Part shown: positions 53,261 through 64,000 of the stretch, piece after piece
Numbering within the stretch: the first letter of the stretch is position 1
Layout of the letters: each line of letters begins with the position of its first letter
From: Macrostomum lignano
Lineage: Eukaryota
NCBI GenBank assembly: GCA_002269645.1
Contig: NIVC01001966.1
Coordinates: 62,001-126,000, forward strand
Direction: 5' to 3'
Length of the DNA stretch: 64,000 bases
The notes under the pieces: generated by a model
Told to the model about the DNA's origin: nothing
The model's database searches: none
The model's input: the letters and a program-made list of their open reading frames with translations, nothing else
Program-made: the position numbers and the translations under genes

Positions 53261-56200
53261 ATGACTAAGCTCCACGCTGCCAAAGGAGCGACATTCTGTC
53301 TGCAAATTAATTTACAGCATTGCGTATCTGCGTCAGTAAATCTGATGAAGATTGCTGAGCTGTACAGGCCAGGCCTCATCCTGATCCAGGAACCCTGGAT
53401 GCGCAACGGTAAGTTGCCCAACATTCCCTCTGGCTACTCTGATTTTTATGTGTGTGGCCCGGGGAACAGTCGCCCTAGAGCGGCTATCCTCGCTGCTAGC
53501 CATCTCCAGGCTTGGCTGAGGACTGATCTCTCTGATGGAGACCTTTGTGTCATCCAATCTAATCATTTCTTTCCGCGTACGTGTCTTGTTGCCTCGGTTT
53601 ATATCCCAGGCGACAGAGACCCTGCTCCTGAGAGTTTACTGCGCCTCGCGCAGTACTGCGAGTCCCAGAACGCTGAGCTGTGCTTAGGGGGCGACCTCAA
53701 CGCGCACCACAAGCACTGGGGCAGCAAAGATACCAACACTAGAGGAGAGGAGTTCTGGCCCTCATCTCTAACACAAACCTCATGCTCTGCAACCGCGGCA
53801 GCACTCCTACCTTTAATAATGGCAGATGGACCGAGGTCCTCGACGCCACACTCGTTACCCCAAGACTCTTTGACAGAGTTGAGGAGTGGAGAGTCTGGTC
53901 TGAGGAGCCCTCCCTGTCTGACCACTGCTTTATCGCCTTTAACATCGCGGACACTAAAACCCAGTCTCCGATCACTTGGAGACGCAATATCCGCAACACT
54001 GATTGGGCGGCCTACAAGGCTGCCCTTGATCTGCACCTGCAGGAACTCACGGACTTACGTCCGATTGAGACCTGCGAGGATGTGGATCATATGGCTGAGA
54101 CGCTGACAGGTTGCATTATTGCAGCCTACGAGCGGCTTGTCCTGCTCGCGCCTACAAAGGCAAGACCTCGGCGCCGTGGTGGAACCCGGAGCTGGGGAAA
54201 CTCAGGCGGAAGGCCAAAAGCCTTCATCGCCGTGCCATGAAGACCGGAAACCCGGAGGACATGGAGCTTTTCCGGCAAGCCTCCCGCAATTTCAAATCTG
54301 AAGTGCGCAAGGCCAAGGAATGTAAGTGGCGCCAATTCTGCAATGAATTGGATCAAGACAGACCTACTTCTAGGCTTGTCAAGGCCCTTACAATGGACAA
54401 AATGTCCAAATTAGCCATGATCAAAAAAGATGATGGCTCTCTTACTAAAGACCCTGAAGAAGTGCTTCAGCATATGCTTAGCACATTCTTCCCGAGGGTA
54501 CCTACTGCTAGACCGGAGCCCAACCATTCGATGGATGGAGCCACCCTAGCGGCGGGCATTGTCACTGAAGACCTAATCGCTCGTGCGGTCAGAACCTTCA
54601 AACCCTTCAAATCTCCTGGACCTGATGGTATCTACCCTGTTCTCCTTCGTGAAGCAGCCAAGATACCCTCGTTCCTGAGACTCACCCGCAATCTTATGCG
54701 GGCCTCTATCCAGCTGGGATACGTTCCCAAATGCTGGACTGAAGCTCGGGTAGTCTTTATTCCCAAACCTGGGAAGGGTGACTACCAAAGCGTCAAGGCC
54801 TTCCGGCCTATTAGCTTAACGTCAGCAATGCTTAAGCTCACTGAGAGGCTTATTCTCTGGCGGCTGCTGTCCTGCGAGCTGACAGCGATGCCCCTCAGCA
54901 ATAATCAGCACGCCTTCCGTACCGGGAGGTCGACTGACAGCGCCTTGCATGCGATTGTCGAGAAGATTGAAAGGGCGGTACTGGGTGACGGTTACGCTCT
55001 GGCTCTCTTTCTTGACATTGTTGGCGCCTTCGACAACGTTATCTTTGAAGCGTTTCAGAGGGCCCTTCAAAATCGCAAAGCTCATGCTACCCTCATACGG
55101 TGGATCATGTACATGATCTCCAACCGTACGGTCACTGCCCAACTTCTTGGGCAAACTGCCTCCACCAGAGTCTGTAAGGGTGGACCCCAAGGCGGAGTCC
55201 TCACCCCGACGCTCTGGAACCTGGTCATGGACGCTCTTTTGAGTGACTCCCGACCCGACCCCTCTTCAAAGTCGGGTATGCTGATGACGTCACGGCCATT
55301 GTGGCAGGACCGTCTCCCAGCACGCTCAGGGATCTGATGCAGAGCTTTATCCGCAAAGCAGAATCCTGGGCCAATGACAATGGTCTGGAACTCTCTGAGC
55401 CCAAAACCGTTGCCATTATGTTTACCAGCAGACTACGCTGGAACATACGTCCTCTGCAGCTCTACGGCAGAGATATTGCCTTCGCGCACCAGACCAGATG
55501 TCTCGGGGTCATACTTGACCACCGGCTCAACTGGTCCTCCACGTGAAAGCAAAAGCCAAGCGTGCCTCAGCCATCCTGGCCCAGCTCCGACGAGCACTTG
55601 GCACTTCTTGGGGTCTATCCCCAAAGCGGCTTTGGTGGATCTATACTTCCGTAGTTAGACCTGCCATTACGTACGCCTCTGTTGTCTGGGTTAGCGCTAC
55701 CCAGGTCAAAAGCCATGCAGACCTGCTCAACACGATCCAAGGCAGAGCGTGTAGGCTCATCTGCAACGCCACCAGGTCCACGCCCTTTGCTGGCATGGGG
55801 GCCTTCCTTAATCTTCCGCCTCTTGACCTCTTCATCAGGGGTGAGGCGGCTAGAACGACGCGGCGTCTAATTGATGCCGGCGTCAAATTCATTTACATGA
55901 GAGCACCTGCTAAGCGGAACCTTGTCCCGCATAGCGATCTGTGCCTCAACTTTCTCAACGAGTGTCAGGCCAATCGCGTCTTCACCGATGGCATTGCCTC
56001 AACGCTCAACCTGAGACAGCGCTACTCCGTAGCTATCGACTCGCGCGATAACATCAATGACCAATGGAACCCTGGTGAGCTTCATTGCTACACCGACGGT
56101 TCTAAGCAGTCAGCCAACACCGGCTTTGGTGTTGGAATCTTTCTGAACGGGAGGGTCATCGCTACCCACGCTCAATACACTGGGGTCAACTCCAGTGTTT

Positions 56201-56996
56201 TCCAAAATGAAGTTCTGGCCATCAGCTCTGCACTGCAGAGCTTCTCGCCACTGGCGTTACTGGTAAGAACATCATTTTCCATTCGGACAGCCAAGCTGCC
56301 TTGCACGCCATCAGTGGCTGCAGCACCAACTCTGCTACAGTCCTCGACTGTATCAAACTCCTCAACATGTTGGGTTCCGCCAACAAAATTACCCTTAAGT
56401 GGGTTCCGGGGCATGTGGGGATCCGAGGAAATGAGTTGGCTGACACCCTTGCAAAAGTTGGTGCCTCCGGCTCCTCTCTCGGCCCCGAACCTCTTGTCCC
56501 GATTCCTGGCTGTGTCATCGACTCGCGCATCAAAGCGTGGATCAGGACTCAGCACCGCTCGACTTGGGCGAACCGCACGAACTGCAGGCAATCCAGAGGC
56601 GCTGTCCCTCAGCCCTCTCACCAGCTCCGGAAGCTCCTCTTGCGCCTCTCGCGCAGAGACATCCGGGCTGCCACCATGACCCTCTCTGGTCACGGCTGCT
56701 TCTCCAGGCACCAGTACCTGCAGGGCAACGCCACCAACGCCACCTGTAGTTTCTGCAACTCAGGTGACGAAACCGCTGAGCATTTCGTCAGCATCTGTCC
56801 CGCCTTCACGCGGGCCAGACTCACTTACCTCGGGCCACACACATCTATTACTGAAGCGTGCAAACCCGAAAACTTTAATCAGCTCATGCGCTACCTTCGG
56901 GCCACCCGCAGGGCTGAACTCTCCTTTCCAGAGAGCACCATAGCTGCTGGCGACACTGGGGGACCTCCCTGGGCGGCGCCAACCCTCCGTCCATAG
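53261..56996 (+). CDS. LINE ORF2 polyprotein (endonuclease, reverse transcriptase, RNase H, CCHC), split by five -1 frameshifts
   Basis: APE: QINLQH, LIQEPW, GGDLNAHH..WGS, D.TL, SDH. RT: PGPDGI, RPISL, QHAFR.GRST, FLDI.GAFD, GGPQGGVLTPTLWN, GYADD. RNase H: YTDGSK, SVFQNE, SDSQAAL, WVPGH.GI.GNE.AD.LA. Zinc finger: C..C....ET.EH....C. Frameshifts lie near 53752, 54135, 55255, 55540 and 56230. Confidence 0.88.
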
Positions 56997-57163
56997 CGAC
57001 GCGTCGGCCGTTCAGGGACTAGCGGAATGGGCGCCCGCGCCTTCCCGCTGTGTCCCCTCCGGGACAGCCCTGCAGCTAAGTCAAGTAAGTCAAGTAGTCC
57101 ATTTTCTCTTTTTGGATCTTGATTTCATTCTTATCATCGTTTATGTCTGCAGCTGTGCGAGTG

Positions 57164-57361
57164 TCAGTACATGCAGTGGATTATCATCGCAGCTCCAATT
57201 TTTGGTACTCTACCACCAACACAAGGCAGACGATTGCAGCGTCCAGTCTCCTTGTAGCGACGCTTAATTGACATAACGGTATTGACGTTAATCTTCTTCC
57301 ATTTCGCGATTTCGACTGGCCGCTCATTTTTGTTTAAGGTTTCGATGACTAGGCTGTGCAT
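57164..57361 (-). mobile_element. Tc1/IS630-like transposase N-terminal HTH fragment
   Basis: VIE.L.K.E...EIAK...IN..TV.SI.RRYKETG...R.P..GGR.PK pattern. Confidence 0.5.
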
Positions 57362-57399
57362 TTAATCGCTGATCCTTGTCTGTGTGCTTGACCTGTGTG

Positions 57400-57660
57400 T
57401 GAGCCGCCGATACTTGCCCCCCTGTTGACTGTGAAGCCAAAGCGAGTCACGAGGTCAGTCATCTGATCACAAAAATCTTTGGCAGTCTTCACGGGAACCT
57501 CTCCGCACCATCGTTAGCTTCATCGCCCCGCTAAGCCCATGGAAAAACGTCACGGTAAGCTTTACTCAGGTCGACCTTTGTCATGAAGCACCCTCTAGTC
57601 AACTTTCTATCAAAGTTTTCCACACAAGAAAACCGCAGATTCTCCTGACCGACCCACATC
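57400..57660 (-). mobile_element. DIRS/Ngaro-like (tyrosine-recombinase retrotransposon) RT remnant, distal part
   Basis: The - strand reads RFSCVENF..KL.RG.FMTKVDLSKAYR (57550-57640) and LVTRFGFTVN..(57425-57460), typical of DIRS-group RT. The YLDD region is missing. Confidence 0.6.
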
Positions 57661-59009
57661 AAGTTGACGCAGCCACTGACCGGTCGGCTACAGTTGCGAA
57701 TCAGGTGCACCCGCTCTTCGTCCTTCGGCAGAGCGCCGATGGCGCTCGCGATCTCAGACCACTGCCCCTTCGGCCACTCTCTCTCTCTTCCCTCTTCTTC
57801 ACTTCTCTCGTTTCTCTTATACCCCCAACGGACGCTCTGCTACTGCACCCCCGCCAGCAGCGGGAATTATCTATGGTAAAAAGCCCACTAACAATACAAT
57901 TCCCAGTTCTTCCCACAAAGGAGGGGGCAACAATAGACATGTATTGTGCCCTGCCAGTTCAACTTCTCCAACCTGGTTGTCTTGCATTTCAAGAAAAAAA
58001 CGCTTTACTCTTTGCTGAAGGTTGCAGAGACTCGCGTGACTTGTTTATAAATACCCGAAGTCTAAAATGTTGACGCGATTAAGAACACTCGCTTAAATGG
58101 CTTGCATTAAGTATGCCAAGTTTGAGCTTCAAAGCTACTTAGCCCAGTACAATCATCATTCGATTTACTTCATAAGAATCGTCGCAAATTTGCATAAGAA
58201 TATTTGCAGATTGGATTGGAACTGCTAAAATACAAAAAAAGTTTTTTAACGCTCAGATTCGTCTGACTGGTTGAGATAAATACGGTTTCATACTAAATGG
58301 ACCAGCAATACGACAAGTATAGGTTCTTTACCGGCCTTTAGTTATCACAAATTTCACTCAGACAGAGAAGCGTTGTACTAGGGCGGGCCTGGCTGCTGAA
58401 GCTGGGTGGTGAAGAAGCTCATTGCGCCAATGCATTTTCAGTTTTGTCACGCATAGAGCTGGTGCTGGGTTGGCCATAACAGACTAGCGTCAGTTTGATC
58501 CAAAGTTGCATTTATGTTAGTGAGCATAATAATTTGCACTAATAGGGTGATCCGCCAGGCGCACGCTGTTGCCGCCTTCAGAGACCTCGCTCTGAGAAAG
58601 CTTATCTGACACCGCATTGTGAACTGTACTCTGATCCCCGGCGGTGTGTCTTGTTGTTGTTGCATCGAGGTGCAACCAACGTGCATCGTCAGGTATATTG
58701 TTTGAAAGGAGAGAAAGCTGTGAAAAAAGCGAATTTATATATTATTTGTCGATGTAACTAATGTAAGTAGTGAGTAAAAAATATTTCGTATGTACAAAGT
58801 AGTTGGAGGCTGATAGTCCGTAGGGCAGGGCGAAGACCAATGGGCAGAAAACAAAATATAATTGAATGAGCACTGGTTACAAAATGGTCAGTGCTATCTC
58901 ACTCAGAATAAACAAAAAAACCAGTCGCCCACCCTTAATACGCAACTCCAGCATAGTGGTTCAGGCCATGTTCTCTTGCGTACATGTATTCTAAATGAGA
59001 GAGCACTGC

Positions 59010-59400
59010 TTCTGGAGGGGCTTGTACAGATCGTTAAGGCTGTGGCCCTGTGGCGCGGACGAGTCGTGAATAAGGCAGATGGCGCCGTCTGCCTTCGGGA
59101 CGGCACCCAGTGGGCTCATGATGGTCGGACTGGCGAAGCCCAAGTCAGTTGCGCAGATGTACCGGCCGGCCACGACCTCCTCTCTGGTCTGCAGCTCAAC
59201 GGCATGCCGATCTGGATGCATGATTCTCGAGCTGGGATTTGCTGATCGGGGCCGCGTCAGTGATGCGAAAACCATCGCGAATGCCCACGCTCAAAAACTC
59301 TGAGTCCGAGTCGAAGAACAAGACTGGTGTCCAAGCAGCAGTTGACAGTGGCCAACGGCTTCAAAGCGCAGCCACCGAGTCGGCGGCGTGGTCCGCAGAA
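59010..59400 (-). mobile_element. DIRS/Ngaro-like RT remnant, N-terminal part
   Basis: The - strand reads D.DSEFL..GIRDGFRI....ENH.S and E.EV.AGRY....PTIMSPLGAVPK.DG.I.LIHD.S.P.GHSLND. Confidence 0.7.
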
Positions 59401-59407
59401 GGGCCGT

Positions 59408-59630
59408 CGGCAGGGCGAGCGGCAGGGCGAGCGGCAGGGCGAGCGGCAGGGCGAGCGGCAGGGCGAGCGGCAGGGCGAGCGGCAGGGCGAGCGGCAGGGC
59501 GAGCGGCAGGGCGAGCGGCAGGGCGAGCGGCAGGGCGAGCGGCAGGGCAAGCGGCAGGGCGAGCGGCAGGGCGAGCGGCAGGGCGAGCGGCAGGGCGAGC
59601 GGCAGGGCGAGCGGCAGGGCGAGCGGCAGG
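59408..59630. repeat. 12-bp minisatellite (GCGGCAGGGCGA)
   Basis: About 18 near-perfect copies. Confidence 0.95.
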
Positions 59631-59639
59631 ACGACTGTA

Positions 59640-60814
59640 CGGGGTGCTTATTAAGTTCCCGGAAAAGTTCAGTTCTGGTGGTCGAATCTGCGCGAAATTT
59701 TACCTGCAGAAACCGCAGTCTATTAAAACTTCTCAACATAATTTCTATTCAAATCAGAGCACTTTTGCAGGCGCTGGAACCATGCGTCAAAGCATCCTTT
59801 GAGATCAGCTTTGGTGCCGCTGTCCAGCTCAGCTAGCAGCGCAGCAACCAGCTCCTCCCTCGAGTCTAAGCGCTTCCCCTTCAGATTTTTCTCCATCCTG
59901 GGAAAGAGGAAGAAGTCAGCTGGCGCCAGGTCCGGGGAATATTCCGGATTCATCTAAAGAAACTCCTGGGTCACTCGTTCCCGGTGCGCGGAAGCGTTGT
60001 CCTGATGGAGGAAGATGCCTTTTGTCAAGCGTCTTCGGCCGCTGTTGTGCGAGCGCCTGCAGAACCTGAGGCAAGCAGACGGGCCGTATCATTCTTCCGT
60101 CACTGTGGCGCCTTGCTGCAGCAGCACTGGCAGCAGGATGCCACTGCGTCGGAAAAAAGGACCGCCATCAGTGTGCTGCGCTGCGCTCGCTGCGCTCGCG
60201 ATGAAATTGGAGAGGAGCATCTTCCTCGTTTGTGACCCACTGCCGATTTTGCTCTTGGATCTCTAGGTTGAAGAAGTTGAAGCAGACCCAGGTTTCGTCG
60301 CCAGAGAGGTTGTTATCCTTTGAGCGGCCTCCTTCAAACCTGGGTGCCATGAGGTCGCAAACTCAACGCGGGCTCCCATCTGGTCAGCGCTTAGCAGGTG
60401 GGACACCCAGCGAGCGGACAGCTTCCTCATGCCGAGGTGCTGGTGCAGGATCTCAATGATGGTGAAATCTGACACCCTGACGAGCTGCTCCAACCAGCGA
60501 ATCGTCACTCGCCGATCTTCGCTCACATAGCGTCGAACAGCAGCAATGACTCACGCAGCGTCTGAAGGCAGGCGGCCACAGAGCTGCCCAGCCGAAACTG
60601 TACCAGAATCGCCACTCGCCTATCGCGGTCAGTCAGCTGTGACAGGCGGGCACGTTTTCAGCCAAACTTTGGCCATTGCGGCGCATCATTGCGGCCGATT
60701 AGGCTTGAATTTTACAAGCGAACGTAGAACATTCAACTCTAACTGCTGGTTAGGTTTCGTTTGATTTGCGCATTTTTAATCTGCATTTTCCAGGAACTTA
60801 ATAAGCACCCCATG
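59640..60814 (-). mobile_element. Degenerate mariner DNA transposon (~1.17 kb)
   Basis: TIRs CGGGGTGCTTATTAAGTTCCCGGAAAA and TTTTCCAGGAACTTAATAAGCACCCC, with TA at 59638 and 60815. Broken transposase motifs: ED.RVT, LGMRKLSARWV.HLL, GDETWV, HQDNASAH, YSPDLAP.DFFLFP..K..L.G.R. Confidence 0.88.
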
Positions 60815-62099
60815 TATTACTAGATTGACTGAAGCAGAAATTGGTAAGCATTCTAAACGTTTCACCGGACAAAACGTTCGACCTACCGTATATTTCGGAG
60901 TTGCATGAAGCTGGCGTTCTTTTGGGGCAGATATCAAAGATCACCAGTCACAAAGACTCAAAGACTGTCCAGCGGTAAGTTCATATATTTTTAGTATACT
61001 TTAAAATATACTAAAACGAGCTACGTACATTTATGTGTACTTTCTTTAGTTACCTAACTAACGGCAAGTGAAAGGTAAGTGAACTGGGCAAGATGTCCGA
61101 CGTTCTGTCTACTTCGCTATACGGAGGCAGTTCGTCGTCTGCGACTAACGAGGCGTCGGTAGCCATAGTTGAACTATCTGATTCTGCGGGGGACTCAATG
61201 TCTATCTCCGGTACCTCCATGGGCTCAAAACGTAAGGGGTCGGAACAGTGATTTCAATACAAAACATCAAGCATCGAATTCTCGTGTCCAATAATCAATT
61301 GACTAAACGCGTAAAGGTTTAACAGTATTTTTTCTTTCTCATGTTATTTTTGCTATTTGTGAGTTAAGTTCAAGGTGCATTATTGCACGCTATGGCAAAA
61401 ATTCTCATTGTCTAGCAATTTGGCGATCATCATTCACATTTTTAATGCAGAAAAATCCATTACCACAAGCAATGCATTGTCTGTAGGATCGTCAAACAGA
61501 AAAACAATGCAAAGATTCAGCGATCGCAGCACGTGACAACGATTTGTCTATCTTTGTCACGCACTGGGACCACTGATTATTTATCCATTATCTTGTCTCG
61601 CTTCTTGGCTAGACCATATGACAATGAAGCATTGTTTAGTGTCGATTTAAAGATGATCCTTTAACGATACCTCAGCGAATCAGCAACGTTCTAGACTGCG
61701 CAGATTTGGCCATAGACATACACCAGATAGTTACATCCATGGATGGATAGGTATTCCTTCATCCATGGTTACATCTGTCAACTGTGCCATAGACTATGGA
61801 GTGAAAACAGGAGAGGAATGCAAAGGGCCTTGGTTTAATTTAAATGAGCTTGTTTCGGTTTCAGTGTCTACTTTCCTCTAGAGTGCATCGAATAAATTGT
61901 AATAACTTGTCGGAGTGTCTGCCAACAAAATGGATTTTCTTTCTATGTTGAGTGCAAAGGATCACGCTGATGACGCTGATCTAATGAATTTTATTCACTA
62001 CCTATAAGATCCTACCAATGATGACCAGTTGCTACTGAACACTCCTCTACCGGATCTAACCGAGGACGCTGCCATGCCGGTTATCGATCTAGATCACGT

Positions 62100-62775
62100 T
62101 GAAATCGACTCGCTACCCGAGACTACGCGAGAACAGATGTTCACGCATAGTAAGACTTTCGTGGAATTTTTAGAAGACAAACTAAAGTGTTCCATATGAC
62201 AATGTCGGAGACCAACATAAACGAGTTTCTACGTTTCTATTAGTTCTCTTTGAAGAAGTTTGACGGTAAAGTTTACACACCTGCGTGCCGGCATTCAGAG
62301 GTATTTCTGCTTGGTTCTCAAGCGCTCTGTCAACATAATTTCTGGAGACGAATTTGCTGCCGCTAATCGAATGCTGCGCGTCAGAGTACGCGAGTACATT
62401 GGAGCTGATTCAGTCAGAAGACAGTATCCACCAGTCGAGGAAGGTGACCTGGTGCGACTGTGCAGATACTTAGACAGAAGTACAGCAGAGCGTCTTCAGG
62501 ATGAAGTGATTTTTATGTTACTCTATACGTTAGGTGAATGCGACCAAAAAACACCTGAAGTATTTGAAGAAGAGGGTACTTTGGTAGAACGAGTAGACGC
62601 TGATGGCCAAGCATATCTGAGCCTACCGGATATGGCAACAAAAAATCAATCGACTCATCCGACGCGTGCTAAGAACAACATAGCAAAGCGAGCTCATCTC
62701 TATGGACAGCAGCGAGAGCTTGTCGTCTACTACTGCAATCTCCTACCTGACAGTACAGAAAATTCATCACCTTAG
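62100..62775 (+). mobile_element. Crypton-type tyrosine-recombinase (DUF3504/ZMYM-KCTD1-like) remnant
   Basis: LRAGIQRYF......NII...EF..AN..L....., V...DL..L..YL......LQ.EV.F.L.Y..G, D.DG..Y....KN. There are stops upstream and the catalytic RG motif is not intact. Confidence 0.55.
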
Positions 62776-63077
62776 CCAACGATGGAAGTGGCAACCTGCG
62801 TTTCTCAGTTAACCGAGAACATCTCTGATTCTACAGACAAGGAGCTCTTATCCGCTCTGCATTCAGCAAACAAGATGCATTATACCAATCCGAAAGCAGA
62901 AAACATTCAGAGACACTTTGGAGAATGGATAGACCGTTTGAGCGCTGGGATAAGAGCACTAGAGCAGAACTGAAGCCCCATTGGCTGTGCAGTGGAGATT
63001 TAAGCCACCCACCAGAAAAAAATTCAACTCTTCAAGCAACACTTGGAGCGCTCAGAACCATTTTGAACACTGCGGCG

Positions 63078-64000
63078 ATGTCGACTCCGAGGGCACTTCT
63101 TCTCGCCCTGCTGAGCCTCGCCTGCCTGCGCAGCCTGCAGTCCTGCCAGCCGCCCTACCAGCCCGTGTCCGGCTTCTGCCTGCTCGTGAACACCACAGCC
63201 GCAGTCGGCTGGTGCCAGGCAGCTCGTCTGTGCCAGCTAGGCCGTCGGAGGCGAGCTGGTGATGGAGCCGGCCGCCATCCGGGCAGCTGCGCAGTTCGCC
63301 ACGGGCTCGGTGATGCTGTGGGTCGGCGTCACCGACATGCTGGAGGAGCGGCTCACCAGCAGGTGAGGCAATCAGCATCGAGTATTTCAGCACAAAACAG
63401 ACTATTTCTCCTGCTAGTGAGCAAAGCAGACAAAGCTCACTAGCAGGTTGGAATAGCTCTAGAAATACGTTTCGTAAATTCGGTGCTGCTGGTAGTAATG
63501 ATTAAATTACTCATATACGAGCTACAAGAAAGACAGGCCCTGAATGAATGAATAATTAATTTATTAGCTTTTCTACTAACATTGCTCAGCCAGTTACCAG
63601 AGCCATTATTACCCTAACACACAACGGGGGAGAGCACAAACCAAAAGGCCACCCCTAACTAGCCAAAATTAGTTGGGTCACCAACCAGCCGCCAACAAGT
63701 GCAAAGAAGCATCCAAGTGCGCAATACACAACAAAAAAGAGTAAACTCCTGCTGTGCAGAGGAATCTGAAGGGCATTACTTGATGGGGCTTCACTCTAAA
63801 AGGCACAAAATTCACTAGCCAACTTCCCAACCTGATTTTAGGTATTTTCGTGGCTCGTGCTTCTTCGAGGTTTTTCATTTAACTGAAATTTCCACCTTCT
63901 CAGAAGCGGCTGGCGCATGACCAATGGAAGCGATTTTGTTGCCCCAAATTCTGACTGGAAATCTGGCAGCCCAGGCAATTTTGCCAACTCGGATGACATG
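63078..64000 (+). pseudogene. Paralogue of the 49009 C-type lectin/PAN gene with a 4-bp frameshift insertion; truncated by the window end (exon 1 63078-63362, exon 2 from 63904)
   Basis: Near-identical signal peptide and CTLD start. TGCCAGGCC in copy 1 is TGCCAGCTAGGCC here (~63237). Same AG|GTGA donor and CAG|AAGCGGCTGG acceptor; about 200 bp of upstream sequence is also shared. Confidence 0.7.

Larger units (their letters stand above)
51208..57094 (+). mobile_element. Full-length non-LTR retrotransposon (APE-RT-RNase H; LOA/I-group, Lian-like), ~5.9 kb
   Basis: 12-bp TSD TAGTCCATTTTC at 51196-51207 and 57095-57106, a (TAAGTCAAG)n 3' tail, and ORF1 plus ORF2 with APE, RT, RNase H and CCHC domains. 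Confidence 0.92.

Noticed and set aside
59239-59836. (AGRA)n / (RQGE)n / (RSPC)n ORFs as a repeat protein gene
   Set aside because: All frames are open only because of the 12-bp array, and they run into a mariner TIR.
61093-61251. 52-codon Ser-rich ORF (MSDVLSTSLYGG...KRKGSEQ)
   Set aside because: Too short and without a recognisable domain; it may belong to the neighbouring Crypton-like element, but this cannot be supported.

Overview
AT-rich, repeat-dense animal genomic DNA with GC-rich exons and GT-AG introns. The style is most consistent with a free-living flatworm such as Macrostomum lignano; this is inference and was not verified. From 1.7 to 46.5 kb there is a run of + strand genes dominated by cilium/flagellum-associated families: an 18-exon TTC6 orthologue (1689-23887, ~1615 aa, all exon phases close), ANKRD45 (one -1 frameshift), intronless B9D1, a Galpha-i with a GAGECGKS P-loop, an LC8-type dynein light chain, and CCDC105/TEKTL1. 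On the - strand are a phostensin/taperin-like PP1-motif gene and the 5' end of a signal-peptide gene. Almost every long intron is filled by its own tandem array, including a near-pure (ATCT)n intron and a telomere-like TTAGGG-variant array abutting ANKRD45. The right third holds two paralogous C-type lectin/PAN genes; the second is frameshifted and cut by the window end. Between them is a ~13 kb TE nest: a full-length RNase H-bearing LOA/I-group LINE with a 12-bp TSD, a split DIRS/Ngaro RT remnant, a Tc1 fragment, a degenerate mariner and a Crypton-type remnant. Two tRNA-head SINEs and three MITE-like elements are also present. The best leads for new biology are a possible trans-spliced ciliary gene cluster (a shared AATGCATGCG(C/G)CAG acceptor before ANKRD45 and B9D1, plus RFX X-boxes) and repeat-built introns that carry splice and poly(A) signals. 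No prokaryotic features or CRISPR arrays were found.
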